Shown here one piece after another: positions 9,488 to 20,400 of a DNA stretch of 64,000 nt (position 1 is its first letter; each line of letters begins with the position of its first letter). The notes under the pieces were generated by a model. That model saw nothing but the letters and a program-made list of their open reading frames with translations, was not told the DNA's origin and made no database searches. The stretch is from the sequence record PV053165; one strand, 5' to 3'. Both the position numbers and the translations under genes were made by a program. The stretch comes from Escherichia phage PBM-3.

Positions 9488-10690
9488 ATGTTAAACTATA
9501 ACGCTCCAATTGACGGTCAGAAATCTAGCATTGATGGTGCTGGTTCCGATCAGATGAATACCTTTTACTGGCTGAAGAAAGCTATTATTCAGTCTCGTAA
9601 AGACCAGTACTTCATGCCACTGGCTAACACCATTAACATGCCTAAGAACTATGGTAAGACTGTTAAGGTGTATGAGTACGTTCCACTGCTCGACGATAAG
9701 AACATTAACGACCAGGGCATTGATGCTAATGGTGCTACCATTGTTAATGGGAACCTGTATGGTTCTTCTAAAGACGTAGGTAACATCACTTCCAAACTGC
9801 CTCTGCTGACAGAGAATGGTGGTCGTGTTAACCGTGTAGGCTTTACCCGTCTGTCTCGTGAAGGCTCCATCCATAAGTTCGGTTTCTTCTATGAATTTAC
9901 TCAAGAGTCTCTGGACTTTGATTCTGATGACCAGCTGAAAGAACACCTGTCTCGTGAACTGATGAACGGTGCTGTACAGTTGACTGAAGCTGTTCTCCAG
10001 AAAGACCTGCTTGCTGCTGCTGGTACTGTATTGTATGCAGGTGCTGCTACTTCTGATGCTACCATCACCGGTGATGGTTCTACTCCGTCTGTAGTTTCTT
10101 ATAAGAACCTGATGCGTCTTGACCAGATTCTTACTGAGAACCGTACCCCGACTCAGACTACTATTATCACTGGTTCTAAACTGACTGATACCAAAGTACT
10201 TGGTGGTACTCGTGTAATGTACGTTGGTTCTGAATTGGTTCCAGAACTGAAAGCGATGAAAGATCTGTTCGGTAACAAAGCATTCATCGAAATTCAGCAC
10301 TATGCTGATGCCGGTACTCTGATGAATGGTGAAGTTGGTTGTATCGACAAGTTCCGTATTATCCAGGTTCCTGAGATGCTGCATTGGGCAGGTGCTGGTG
10401 CTCAGGCTACTTCTAACCCAGGCTATCGTTCTACTATGGTTGGTGGTCAGGAACACTACGACGTATTCCCGATGCTGGTAGTTGGTGATGACTCCTTCTC
10501 TACCATTGGCTTCCAGACTGATGGTAAGTCTGTTAAGTTCTCCATCATGACTAAGATGCCTGGTAAAGAAACTGCTGACCGTAATGACCCGTATGGTGAA
10601 ACTGGCTTCAGTTCTATCAAGTGGTACTACGGTATCCTGGTTAAACGCCCAGAACGTCTGGCTATGATTAAGACTGTTGCTCCTCTGTAA
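9488..10690 (+). CDS. Major capsid protein
   Basis: 400-aa ORF with codon usage typical of a highly expressed gene, followed by a GC-rich hairpin. Size and position fit an N4-like major capsid protein. Confidence 0.65.
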   Translation: MLNYNAPIDGQKSSIDGAGSDQMNTFYWLKKAIIQSRKDQYFMPLANTINMPKNYGKTVKVYEYVPLLDDKNINDQGIDANGATIVNGNLYGSSKDVGNITSKLPLLTENGGRVNRVGFTRLSREGSIHKFGFFYEFTQESLDFDSDDQLKEHLSRELMNGAVQLTEAVLQKDLLAAAGTVLYAGAATSDATITGDGSTPSVVSYKNLMRLDQILTENRTPTQTTIITGSKLTDTKVLGGTRVMYVGSELVPELKAMKDLFGNKAFIEIQHYADAGTLMNGEVGCIDKFRIIQVPEMLHWAGAGAQATSNPGYRSTMVGGQEHYDVFPMLVVGDDSFSTIGFQTDGKSVKFSIMTKMPGKETADRNDPYGETGFSSIKWYYGILVKRPERLAMIKTVAPL

Positions 10691-10707
10691 TAGTCCGAAA
10701 TAAAACA

Positions 10708-10727
10708 AGGGGGACTAATGTCCCCCT
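10708..10727 (+). terminator. Hairpin after the capsid gene (terminator/attenuator-like)
   Basis: AGGGGGAC-TAAT-GTCCCCCT perfect 8-bp stem-loop; the downstream U-tract is weak. Confidence 0.45.
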
Positions 10728-10757
10728 CTTAATAAAACTGAATGAACCACAGGAAAT

Positions 10758-11399
10758 ATGAACATGAGCATTAACGATAAACCGACCACTGACGTAGAAG
10801 TGAACGTACAGGGCAACGAAGATACCGTTAACGATATTGCAATGCCTAGCGAACTTGAAGTTCTTAAGCAACGTGCAACGTTGATGAATATCAAGTTCTC
10901 TAACAACATTTCCGTTGAAAAGCTTCGTGAGAAGATTGAAGCTGCACAAGTAAAAGATGAACCAGTAGTAGAAGAAGCTGCCGTTAATCCGCTGGGTGAA
11001 AAACAGGAAGCTGGTGTTAAGAAGATGACTCTTGGTCAAAAGATTCGTGCAGAACAGACTCGACTGATTCGTGTACGTATCCAGAACCTTGACCCTAAGA
11101 AGAAAGACCTGCCAGGTGAGATTATCACCGTAGCTAACGAATATATGGGTACTGTGCGTAAGTTTGTTCCATTCGGTGAAGTAACCGACAATGGTTATCA
11201 CATTCCGTATTGTATCTACGAGTTCCTTAAAGAGCGTAAGTTCATCAACATTACGACCCGTAAAGGTAAGAATGGCTTACCGGATATTCGTGCAACTGAA
11301 GCACGAGAGTTCTCCATTGAGGTACTGCCTCCGTTGACTGAAGCTGAATTAGCTCAACTAGCTCAGGCACAGATTGCTGCTGGTAGCCTGAACGATTAA
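10758..11399 (+). CDS. Hypothetical virion protein
   Basis: 213-aa ORF in the structural operon; ATG at 10758. Confidence 0.4.
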   Translation: MNMSINDKPTTDVEVNVQGNEDTVNDIAMPSELEVLKQRATLMNIKFSNNISVEKLREKIEAAQVKDEPVVEEAAVNPLGEKQEAGVKKMTLGQKIRAEQTRLIRVRIQNLDPKKKDLPGEIITVANEYMGTVRKFVPFGEVTDNGYHIPYCIYEFLKERKFINITTRKGKNGLPDIRATEAREFSIEVLPPLTEAELAQLAQAQIAAGSLND

Positions 11400-11469
11400 C
11401 GTATAAGCTACAGTTCAACACGGCTCACTGGGGTAACTCCGTGGGCCGTTTCTTTTTGAACCAAGAGGA

Positions 11470-12312
11470 ATGATTATGTCTTGTTCTGCTGAGGTAGAAG
11501 CTAACCGACTCCTAGAAGAGTTAACTAAGGGTGATGACTTTACCCTTCCTGATGTTGATATGACTGGCCCCGAATGGGATATCCCTGGTGGGGATGCTTC
11601 CCCAATCTTTGGTGCTATTGATAAAATATCCAATGAATCACTCACTACCCGTGAAGTTGGTGGTAGTGGTACGTTTGATGCATTAATGGAATCTGCACAC
11701 AATCATCTGAAAGCTGAGTTTAAAGCTAACCGTATTACCGGTGGTGAATATACCAAAGCATACATTGCTATGATGGAATCTTGCATGAGCAATGCTGTTC
11801 AGTTCTTACTTGGTCGTGACCAGGCATACTGGGCTGCTGCTATGGCACAGATTCAGGCAGTTACTGCTCGTGTTCAACTGGCAACGTCTAAAGCACAGTT
11901 TGTGCTGGCTAAGATTCAGGCACTGTCTGCTAAGAGTGAGTATGCTCTTACTAAGATGAAGATTGCTACTGAGTCTGAAACATACTGTGCTGCATTGTTT
12001 AATGTTAGTCAGATGTTACCTCAACAGCTTAAATTGCTTACTGAGCAGACTGAAGCACAACGTGCACAGACACTTGATACCCGTAGTGATGGAGCTACTG
12101 TTACTGGTTCTGTAGGTAAACAGAAAGAGTTGTACTCACAACAGATTACTTCTTATCAACGTGATGCAGAGGTTAAAGCATCTAAGCTGTTTACTGATGC
12201 ATGGATTACTCAGAAGACTATTGATGAAGGCTTGAATCCACCAAATGGTTTCACTAACGCAAGTATTGACACCATTCTGACCAAGCTGAAGTCTAACAAC
12301 GGGCTGAACTAA
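11470..12312 (+). CDS. Hypothetical virion structural protein
   Basis: 280-aa ORF with AGAGGA RBS, in the structural operon. Confidence 0.4.
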   Translation: MIMSCSAEVEANRLLEELTKGDDFTLPDVDMTGPEWDIPGGDASPIFGAIDKISNESLTTREVGGSGTFDALMESAHNHLKAEFKANRITGGEYTKAYIAMMESCMSNAVQFLLGRDQAYWAAAMAQIQAVTARVQLATSKAQFVLAKIQALSAKSEYALTKMKIATESETYCAALFNVSQMLPQQLKLLTEQTEAQRAQTLDTRSDGATVTGSVGKQKELYSQQITSYQRDAEVKASKLFTDAWITQKTIDEGLNPPNGFTNASIDTILTKLKSNNGLN

Positions 12313-12313
12313 T

Positions 12314-14968
12314 ATGGGCTTATTCAGTGGGAAGACCAAAGTATACGTAGCATCCTCTGTCTATAACATGGCAGGGGATATACATAAACGCCCTAACTAT
12401 ATGAAGACTGTAGTTATAGGTAATATTGTTTCCAATACAGGATTCACTATGGCAGATACTATCTCTGATAGTTATCTGAATGGGCCAGGTATTCGTATGC
12501 GACTGTTCTCCAGCTGGAGTAAGAACCACTATGATTCAGTAGTTGGTATGGCTGGTTCTTCATTGGGTGTATTGGCTAAGATTGACCCTACCGTTATAGA
12601 GGGTCAAATTACACCCCCTGCTGGTGAATCAGTCTATGTTCAGGCAGCAGAGATTGGCTTTGCTGACTTTGAGCAATGGTGTGACCAGTATCTTTATGAG
12701 AATGCTCCAAGTCGAATCATGGAACGATTCGACATAGATATTGATGAAGATACTAATGAAATCACTATGACCTCCTTAGATGGGGGCTCTACTATTACAT
12801 TCACACCTACTAACTTTGAACCAGGTGCTTTATATCTCTATGCTGATTACTCATTCTATAAGTCCCCTTCTACTAATCCTCCGGTAGTAGGACCGACTAC
12901 TGTCTATGATGATGAGGATGACTTACCTTCCACTTTGTTATGGACTACCGTCTCAAGTGATACGACGGCTAACACAACCAATCTTACTAAGACTATACAT
13001 ACTCATTCTGTTTACTCTGATGGCAGACCGGATGAAGACAGTACTGTCACAGAACCAAGTGTGGATAACTGGAACTCTTACGTTAAAGTTTATCGTAGAG
13101 GATTCACTGAGAAACCTGATGATGTGACTGTAGTTGTATCTGACAGGGTAATGACTCATACAAAATTTGGTGAGATTCAATCCAGTACTTCTGTAACTAC
13201 TAATGTGGTTGATATAGGTGGAGGTGTTACTCGTACAGATACAATCACTACAACCACAGAGACACTGGTTCGTAAGTACTCATCCCAGACTACCCGTACT
13301 GATACCGAGATGACTGCTGTTAGTACACCTAAAATGCTTATTTATAAGCAGAACTCCGGTAACGTTGCACTGGATTCTTTGTTCGAGACTGAAGCTACTG
13401 ATAACCGATTCTACCCATTCATTCCAATCAGAAATGATAAGCAATGGGTAGAGAATGACCCAATCTACCCACACTGTAAGAAAGCCCTTTATAAAGCTAC
13501 TGGTGGAAAAATTGATAAAGTAGTCACAGAGCTTAAGAAGAATGATGACATAGGTGATATTCAGTACATCTATGGTTCATTTGGTGTATCCCTTAATACC
13601 CCCGAGGATAGTGCTAAGGAATACATCTATCGTTTCTTTCAGATGGCTACTGAAGCATTCCCACCTGACCCAACCTACCCAACACTGGAAGCAGTGATTG
13701 CAGGCTATCAGGCAGCAAATGATGCAGTTGACGCATATGTGGAATGGTGGAACAGGACTGAAGGGCATATTATTGGAACACCTCCACCACTGCCAGAATA
13801 CCCAGTTATACCTAAGCGAGAGTTTAGGGTGCATAGTAATAAGCAGTACAAGTACGACATGACTATTGGCTGGAACTATGTATCTGAAACTACCCATTCA
13901 GGTCAAGCATGGTCTGGTGCTAAGCAGGGGCAACTTCGAGCCAGGTATGCAGGAGATATAACCCTTACTCGTAAGAACATAAGGACAGCTTCCAACTCCG
14001 GTTCTGCTAAGAAACTTGAGGTAACATACACATTCTATTCAATGCAGGAATACGAGTTGCTTTGGCAGGATGGTAATAATACCTATCGTAAACTTAGGGT
14101 ACTGGGTCTAAATCACAACAACAGGGTATATAAAAATAAGTCAGTGCACATTGATGTTGCCGAAGCAATGGGTGATGCAGAGGAGAGTGGATTCATTATT
14201 CCACTGCACACCAATATCTACCGTTCAATGTCACTGGTTCGTAGCACTCAGTTATCCACTGCCTGCTCCTACTTAGTGATGAACTCATATAAGAAGGTTA
14301 AGCAGAAGTGGTATCAGACTGGGGCATTTAAAATTGTTGTTGTAGTGGTAGCTGTAGTTGTCTCTGTATTTACAGCAGGTGCTGGTGGTGCAGGTATACT
14401 TGGGGCATACGGTGCAGTCGGTGCATCACTTGGTTTTGTTGGATTAGCTGCTGTAATAGTTGGTGCTGTAGCAAACGCCATAGCTGCAATGATTCTGGTA
14501 TCCATTATTACTAAAGTATCTACTTCACTGTTCGGTGATAAGCTAGGTTTTATCATTGCTGCTATTGCCTCAATGGTAGCCATGAACGTTGGTACTGCTT
14601 TGTCTACTGGTACATCCTTATCCTCTTTAGCTGGTGAAATGATGAATGCTCAAAACATCATGCAACTTACCAGTTCAGTGGGTAATGGCATTAGTCAGTA
14701 TATTAATGCATCCACGGCTGCTACTATTCAGAAAGCAGAGAGTGTAATGCAGCAGTACAATACTGATATGATGGCAATCAATAAGCAGTATGAAGAGATG
14801 TTCGGTACTGCTGGACAGGGTGTGATTGACCCCATGCAATTCGTGTCAATGGAGTCGTTGGATTCATTCTTGTCACGTACTCTCATGACTGGTTCAGATA
14901 TAGCTGACTTGTCTTTAGACATGGTTGGCAACTACTCTGATATGACTCTTAATACTGACCTTGTTTAA
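12314..14968 (+). CDS. Large virion protein (884 aa) with C-terminal Gly/Ala-rich hydrophobic region
   Basis: Long ORF overlapping the upstream stop (ATGA-type junction). C-terminal segment FKIVVVVVAVVVSVFTAGAGGAGILGAYGAVGASLGFVGLAAVIVGAVANAIAAMILV is predicted membrane-inserting. Confidence 0.45.
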   Translation: MGLFSGKTKVYVASSVYNMAGDIHKRPNYMKTVVIGNIVSNTGFTMADTISDSYLNGPGIRMRLFSSWSKNHYDSVVGMAGSSLGVLAKIDPTVIEGQITPPAGESVYVQAAEIGFADFEQWCDQYLYENAPSRIMERFDIDIDEDTNEITMTSLDGGSTITFTPTNFEPGALYLYADYSFYKSPSTNPPVVGPTTVYDDEDDLPSTLLWTTVSSDTTANTTNLTKTIHTHSVYSDGRPDEDSTVTEPSVDNWNSYVKVYRRGFTEKPDDVTVVVSDRVMTHTKFGEIQSSTSVTTNVVDIGGGVTRTDTITTTTETLVRKYSSQTTRTDTEMTAVSTPKMLIYKQNSGNVALDSLFETEATDNRFYPFIPIRNDKQWVENDPIYPHCKKALYKATGGKIDKVVTELKKNDDIGDIQYIYGSFGVSLNTPEDSAKEYIYRFFQMATEAFPPDPTYPTLEAVIAGYQAANDAVDAYVEWWNRTEGHIIGTPPPLPEYPVIPKREFRVHSNKQYKYDMTIGWNYVSETTHSGQAWSGAKQGQLRARYAGDITLTRKNIRTASNSGSAKKLEVTYTFYSMQEYELLWQDGNNTYRKLRVLGLNHNNRVYKNKSVHIDVAEAMGDAEESGFIIPLHTNIYRSMSLVRSTQLSTACSYLVMNSYKKVKQKWYQTGAFKIVVVVVAVVVSVFTAGAGGAGILGAYGAVGASLGFVGLAAVIVGAVANAIAAMILVSIITKVSTSLFGDKLGFIIAAIASMVAMNVGTALSTGTSLSSLAGEMMNAQNIMQLTSSVGNGISQYINASTAATIQKAESVMQQYNTDMMAINKQYEEMFGTAGQGVIDPMQFVSMESLDSFLSRTLMTGSDIADLSLDMVGNYSDMTLNTDLV

Positions 14969-14981
14969 CAGGAGAATCCCC

Positions 14982-15425
14982 ATGGATTTGTCATTCTTAA
15001 CAGGCAACCCAACTCCACAGCCAGCTGCTATGTCTTGGATGTCTAATAACAATCAGAACTTTAATACCCCGGCTATGAACTATAACCCAGGTGCAACTAT
15101 TGGTATGGGGGCAAATACAGGAGTAGCCTCCCCTACTTCTTTCCTGTCTGGTTCAGCTGATCAGTTGGGATTGAATGTACCTACCTTCCAATTAGGACTG
15201 GGTGCACTTGGTTCATTAGCTAATATCTACAGTGGTTTCCAGGCTAATAAGTTAGCCAAAGACCAGTTGAACTTTACTAAGAGTGTTACTAACACTAACC
15301 TGAATAACCAGATTAAGTCTTATAACACTGCACTGGAAGATCGTGCTCGTAGTCGTGCTACAGCAGAGAACCGTGACCAGTCTACTGCTGATGCTTATAT
15401 TGCAGCTAATAAATTAACCCGTTAA
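14982..15425 (+). CDS. Hypothetical virion protein
   Basis: ATG at 14982 preceded by GGAGA (the ORF track extends to 14961). Asn/Gln/Ser-rich. Confidence 0.35.
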   Translation: MDLSFLTGNPTPQPAAMSWMSNNNQNFNTPAMNYNPGATIGMGANTGVASPTSFLSGSADQLGLNVPTFQLGLGALGSLANIYSGFQANKLAKDQLNFTKSVTNTNLNNQIKSYNTALEDRARSRATAENRDQSTADAYIAANKLTR

Positions 15426-15437
15426 TAGGAAACCATC

Positions 15438-17402
15438 ATGGCTCAAATTACATGGCGTAATGTTGATGCACCTAACTTCTCTGGAGTAGGTGACAGCATT
15501 CGCACATTTGGCAACATGATTGGTAACGCCACCTCTGGCTTAAGTGATGCACTGGGTAATTTCCAGAACGCTGCCAAGCAGGAGGCTGGCAATGCCGTCA
15601 TGATGAATGCTATGCAGTATCAAGATCCTACTGAGTACCGTAATGCTTTGGCATCAGGTGCACTGTTTCAGGGGGTTGACCCTTCATTGGTAAACCAGCG
15701 TACTCTCCAGAATCTGGATGAGCGAGCAGGTACACTGCTGACTCAACAAGGACAGCAGGGAACCAATGACTACATTGCATATCGCTTTGGTCGCTTAAAG
15801 GATATTAACTCAGCACTAGATAATGCTTCTCCGGCTATTCGTTTATTGTCTGAGGCTTATCAGTCTGGTGACCAGAATCGTATTAATACTGCATTGGGTC
15901 AGACTCGTGAGGCATTATCTACGCTCCCAGCTGACCAACAGTTAGAATTGTTAGGTAGTTTACAAGGACAGGGTAGTGCTGCTATTAATCAGGCGAGCAA
16001 TCGTTTTGATTTGGGTGTTGCTCAACGTAATGATGCCGATAGTCAGGCAGCTATGGGTGTAATGGCACAGATTACCCGTGGTGCTGAGAACCCTAATGAT
16101 GCCCGTCTGTTGGCAGAAGCATACAGTAAGAACCTGTCTCCAGTTGCACAGGCACGCTTGCAGGGATTACTGGCTAATGCTTACCCGGGTGTTTACGGTA
16201 ATGGTGTAGGTGCTACGTCTGCTCCTGGTACTGCTGGTACTCGTCAGGGTTCACCTTACGATGTTACTTATCAGTTTGCTGGTACATCTACTCCTATTAC
16301 TCAAATGAGTATTGGTGATGTAATTAAACACCAGGATGGTATGAAATCGAACCAGGGTGCTTCCCCTGTTGGTGCATTTCAGATTAACCAAGCTACCTTG
16401 AAAGACTTTGCCCCCAAAGTTCTTGGTTCAGATTGGCAGAACCAACCTCTTTCCCCTGAGAACCAGGAGAAGATTGGTAAGGCTATTTTTGAGGCTCGTA
16501 AGAATGGTAACCTTAAAGATACCTGGGCTGCTTTACCTAACTCTACCCCAGGTGCTTATAAGGATATGACTTGGGAACAGATTAAACCTGTTATTGCCCA
16601 AGCTGAAGTAGGGGCTGACCCATTCTCTCTGCTTCAGAATAATCAGGGAAATCAGGCAGTATCTACCTTGGCTCAGGGTATGATTGGTACTCGCTCTATG
16701 CAGGATAATACCGGTAGCCTTAATACCGATTTCCTGGGTACTGTCACCGATAATACTCCAGTAGGTGAGATTGCTAATCGTCTACTGGATGGTGACTTTA
16801 AGGGTGCTGACCGTAACTGGGTACTTAACCGATTAACTGATATTTCTCAACGTGGGAATATGTCTCCAGCTATGGCTGCTGCTGTTATGCAACGTGCACA
16901 GACTGGTGTACCTGAAGGTTACATTAGCCGTGCTATTGATGCGGTTAACCCATTCATTACCAATGAAGCTGGTAATGGTATGCGTCTTAATGACCGTCTG
17001 GTAGATCAGTTAATTGAGGGTGTACAACGTGGTGAACCACTGGAAGGCAGTGTGCGTAACCTTGGTCGTGCTCAAGCCATGCAGAATATTCAGGCAGCAC
17101 AGACTGCTTATGATGCTGCTGTAGCTGCACTGACAAATACCCAGAACAAGATTAACACCGGACAAACAGGACTTACTGCATTGTTGCCTGCTCGTCAGGA
17201 AGCTGTTACTAAAGCTGCTGCAATGCTACAAGCTGCTCAAGCACAAGTTCAAGCAGACCCATCTAACCTGGCTCCAAGAGGTTTCCGGTCACAGGCTAGT
17301 ATGGACAGAGCACGAGCCAAGGAAGATGAAGAACGTGCTGCACGGTATTTACGTCAGGCACAGGGTTTGCCTGAGTATATGCAACCAAGACAAAATCGGT
17401 AA
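15438..17402 (+). CDS. Virion protein (654 aa), function unknown
   Basis: Long Gln/Ala/Asn-rich ORF immediately upstream of the virion RNA polymerase gene. Confidence 0.4.
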   Translation: MAQITWRNVDAPNFSGVGDSIRTFGNMIGNATSGLSDALGNFQNAAKQEAGNAVMMNAMQYQDPTEYRNALASGALFQGVDPSLVNQRTLQNLDERAGTLLTQQGQQGTNDYIAYRFGRLKDINSALDNASPAIRLLSEAYQSGDQNRINTALGQTREALSTLPADQQLELLGSLQGQGSAAINQASNRFDLGVAQRNDADSQAAMGVMAQITRGAENPNDARLLAEAYSKNLSPVAQARLQGLLANAYPGVYGNGVGATSAPGTAGTRQGSPYDVTYQFAGTSTPITQMSIGDVIKHQDGMKSNQGASPVGAFQINQATLKDFAPKVLGSDWQNQPLSPENQEKIGKAIFEARKNGNLKDTWAALPNSTPGAYKDMTWEQIKPVIAQAEVGADPFSLLQNNQGNQAVSTLAQGMIGTRSMQDNTGSLNTDFLGTVTDNTPVGEIANRLLDGDFKGADRNWVLNRLTDISQRGNMSPAMAAAVMQRAQTGVPEGYISRAIDAVNPFITNEAGNGMRLNDRLVDQLIEGVQRGEPLEGSVRNLGRAQAMQNIQAAQTAYDAAVAALTNTQNKINTGQTGLTALLPARQEAVTKAAAMLQAAQAQVQADPSNLAPRGFRSQASMDRARAKEDEERAARYLRQAQGLPEYMQPRQNR

Positions 17403-17410
17403 TACTAACA

Positions 17411-17434
17411 AAAGCCCTTCGGGGCTTTTTTCTT
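17411..17434 (+). terminator. Rho-independent terminator
   Basis: AAAGCCC-TTCG-GGGCTTT followed by TTTTCTT. Confidence 0.65.
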
Positions 17435-17478
17435 ACACTGGCTTACTGTAGAGTAAGCTTTCTATATACGATATAAGT

Positions 17479-20400
17479 TTGAACAGGAAACATGCTATGT
17501 CAACATTTGACCGTCTGGCAGGTTTCGCAGACAGCATCACTAATGCTAAGCAAGTCGATGTCTCTACTGCAACCTCTCAGAAGCAAGCTGCACAAGGGCA
17601 AAGCCCTTTCCAATTAACCCCAGAGAATGCTTACAATCTCCAAACTGGTCGTGTAGGTAATCTTGGAATCGGTGCATTCGAACCAGGTTCACTTCAGGCA
17701 GATTTCACTCAAGCCTCCCCATTAGAAATTCTTAATAAATACGGTAATGAGCAAGGTCTACAGATTCTTAATAGCCGAGCTAATGCTGCTGATGTTGTAC
17801 GTCAGGACTTATCTAAGCAACGTACTAACGCAGAAGCATTTGGTGATACTCTTTCTGGTGTTGGTCTTGGTGTTGCTAATACCCTTGGGGGCATTGCTGC
17901 TCTTGGTACGGGTTTGGTCAATGATAATGCCGGGGCATCCATTGCTTCCGGGATGGATTGGCTGAATGAAGGGGTACACAATCTACAGTCTGACGCACTG
18001 AATGCTACCCGTAAGGTTGTTCAGAATCAGAACCAGATTTCTGCACAAAAGAACCAGAAACTCTACGAAGAAGACATTAAAAATGGAGAGAGCAGTTTGG
18101 TTGCCTCTCTGTCTCGTATTGGTCGTGATGCTTTTGATTCTGTTGCTAATACGCTTGATAATGGTATGGCTGCTACTGATGGGCTGAGTGAAGGTGTTGG
18201 TTCTCTCTTTACCGGTGGTCCATTAATTCGTGGTGTATCTGCACTCGGTAAAGTAATGGTAGGTGGTGATAAAGCTGTTAAGGGTATTACCTTAGCTGCT
18301 GAGTTAGGTTCACGTCCTGCACAGGTTGCATTGTCTGCTGGTCGTGTTGCTGCACCTGCTATTGCAATTGGTGGTATGGAAGCTGGTGGTGCATACCAAC
18401 AGACTGCTTCCGAAATCATGAAGATGTCCCATCAAGAATTGGCAAGTAAGTCTCCTGTTTATCAACAGCATATCGCTGATGGTTTATCTCCTGATGAAGC
18501 ACGTCGCCAAACTGCATCTGAAACGGGTATCATTGCTGCTGGCTTAACTGCTCCGGTTGCTGCTGCTACTGGTCCTCTGGTATCCAAATTTGAACTTAAC
18601 CCACTTAAGGTAGGTTCGCTGGCTGGTGCTGGTTCTAACATGCTACGTGAAACAGTAGAAGAAGGTATTCAGTCTGGTACAAGTCAGTTTGCACAGAACA
18701 AGGCAATTCAGGGTAATGTAGATGCTAAGCGTGATTTGCTTAAAGGTGTCGGTGAGCAAGCAGGTCTTGGTGCACTCTACGGCTTCGGTAGTGCTGGTGT
18801 TGCTCAGGCTCCAGGTACAACTGTTAAAGCTGTTGGTGCTTCTGCTGGGCCTGCTTTACGTACTACTCTGGCTGGTGCTTCTCTGGTTGGTAGTGCATTA
18901 GCAAAAGCTGCCTCTCCTATTACTAACATCCTGGTTCAGCGTGGCGAAGAAGTTGCTAAGCGTAATGAGCAAGCATCCCCTGTATCAGATGCTACGGTTA
19001 ATGCTGCTGCACAAGAAGCTACTGCTCAAGCAGAACAAGCACAAGCAACTGTACAGGAAGCAGTAGATGCAATGGACATTTCTCCTGAAGAGAAAGCTGC
19101 TGCTACTCAGTATGCTGCTGACTTAACTCAGGCAATGAAGTTTGACCCAGTAGAACTGGAGCAAGCTAGTCCTACAATCCGTGAAGCTGTTTCTGGTTCC
19201 ACTAACCGTGTGGAAGCTATTCAGAAGATGGCAGACCTGGTTAATACTACTGAAGACCCTAACGTTCAAATGGAAGCTGCAATCCAGATGTATGACAACA
19301 TCATGTCTATGGATAGCTTCATTAACCGTGATCCTGGTGCTTTAGCTAATCTGGAACAGGGTTCTCCTGCTGCTAATATTGTTGACCAGTTCTCCGGCCT
19401 GATGGCTAACGTTCAGAATACACCAAAGGTACTTCGTGCATTCCGTGCCATCCATTCTATGATTCAGGAACAGGCTGAAGCAGGTAAACTGAAAGCTACC
19501 GAAGAAGCTAACCAAGCCCAAGCAAACAACATTGCTATGGCTGCTGATATGTCTCCAGAAGTACTGGATGCAGACTCAGTGAACATGGTTCTGAAACATG
19601 CAAGTGAAGGTAAGATTACACTGGGGAATCGTCAGCGTGCTGCCCTGCAATCTGCTGCTGCTCTATTGCAAGGAGCACGAGAATTTGACGCTAAAGCAGA
19701 AGAACTAGGCTTACGTCCTCAAGACATTGTTAGTAAACAGATTAAAACCGACGAGTCTCGTTCTAATGAAGGTCAGTACTCTGCGTTGCAACATGCTAAA
19801 CGCATTCGTTCTGCGTACAACTCTGGTAACTTCGATTTGGCTTCCGCTTACCTCGACGACTTTATGAAGTTCGCCCAGCACATGCAGAATAAGGTCGGAG
19901 CGTTGAATGAGCATCTGATTTCTGGGAATGCGGATAAGAATAAGTCTGTCCATTATCAGGCTCTTACTCCCTCCCGTGAATGGGTACGTAGTCGTACTGG
20001 TCTTGGTGTCAATCCGTATGATACCAAGTCGGTTAAGTTTGCCCAGCAAGTAGGACTGGAGGCCAAAACCGTAGCTGATATTGCTAACGCACTTGCTACG
20101 GCTTACCCGGAGCTTAATGTTTCTCATGTGAAGGTTACTCCATTAGATTCACGTCTGGACAAGCCTGCTGCCCAGGTAGTTAAAGAGTTCCGTCAAGGTG
20201 GTCTTGATGCCACTCAGTCTCAACAGACCAATGAACCAGTGAATCAGGTTGATGAAACTCCTGCACCAGCGCAAGAGACTACTACTACTACTGTACAGCC
20301 TAAAGCTAAACCAGTGGTAGAAAATAAGACTGTTCCTGTTAAAGAGGCTAGTTCAAAAGCAGAAGAAGTCTCTACTACTAAGTCTGAAACAGTAGATGCT

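Noticed and set aside
9491-10708. 405-aa ORF on the - strand exactly antisense to the major capsid gene
   Set aside because: Mirror-image shadow ORF of a highly expressed + strand gene; no independent start or RBS context and the + strand assignment is far better supported.
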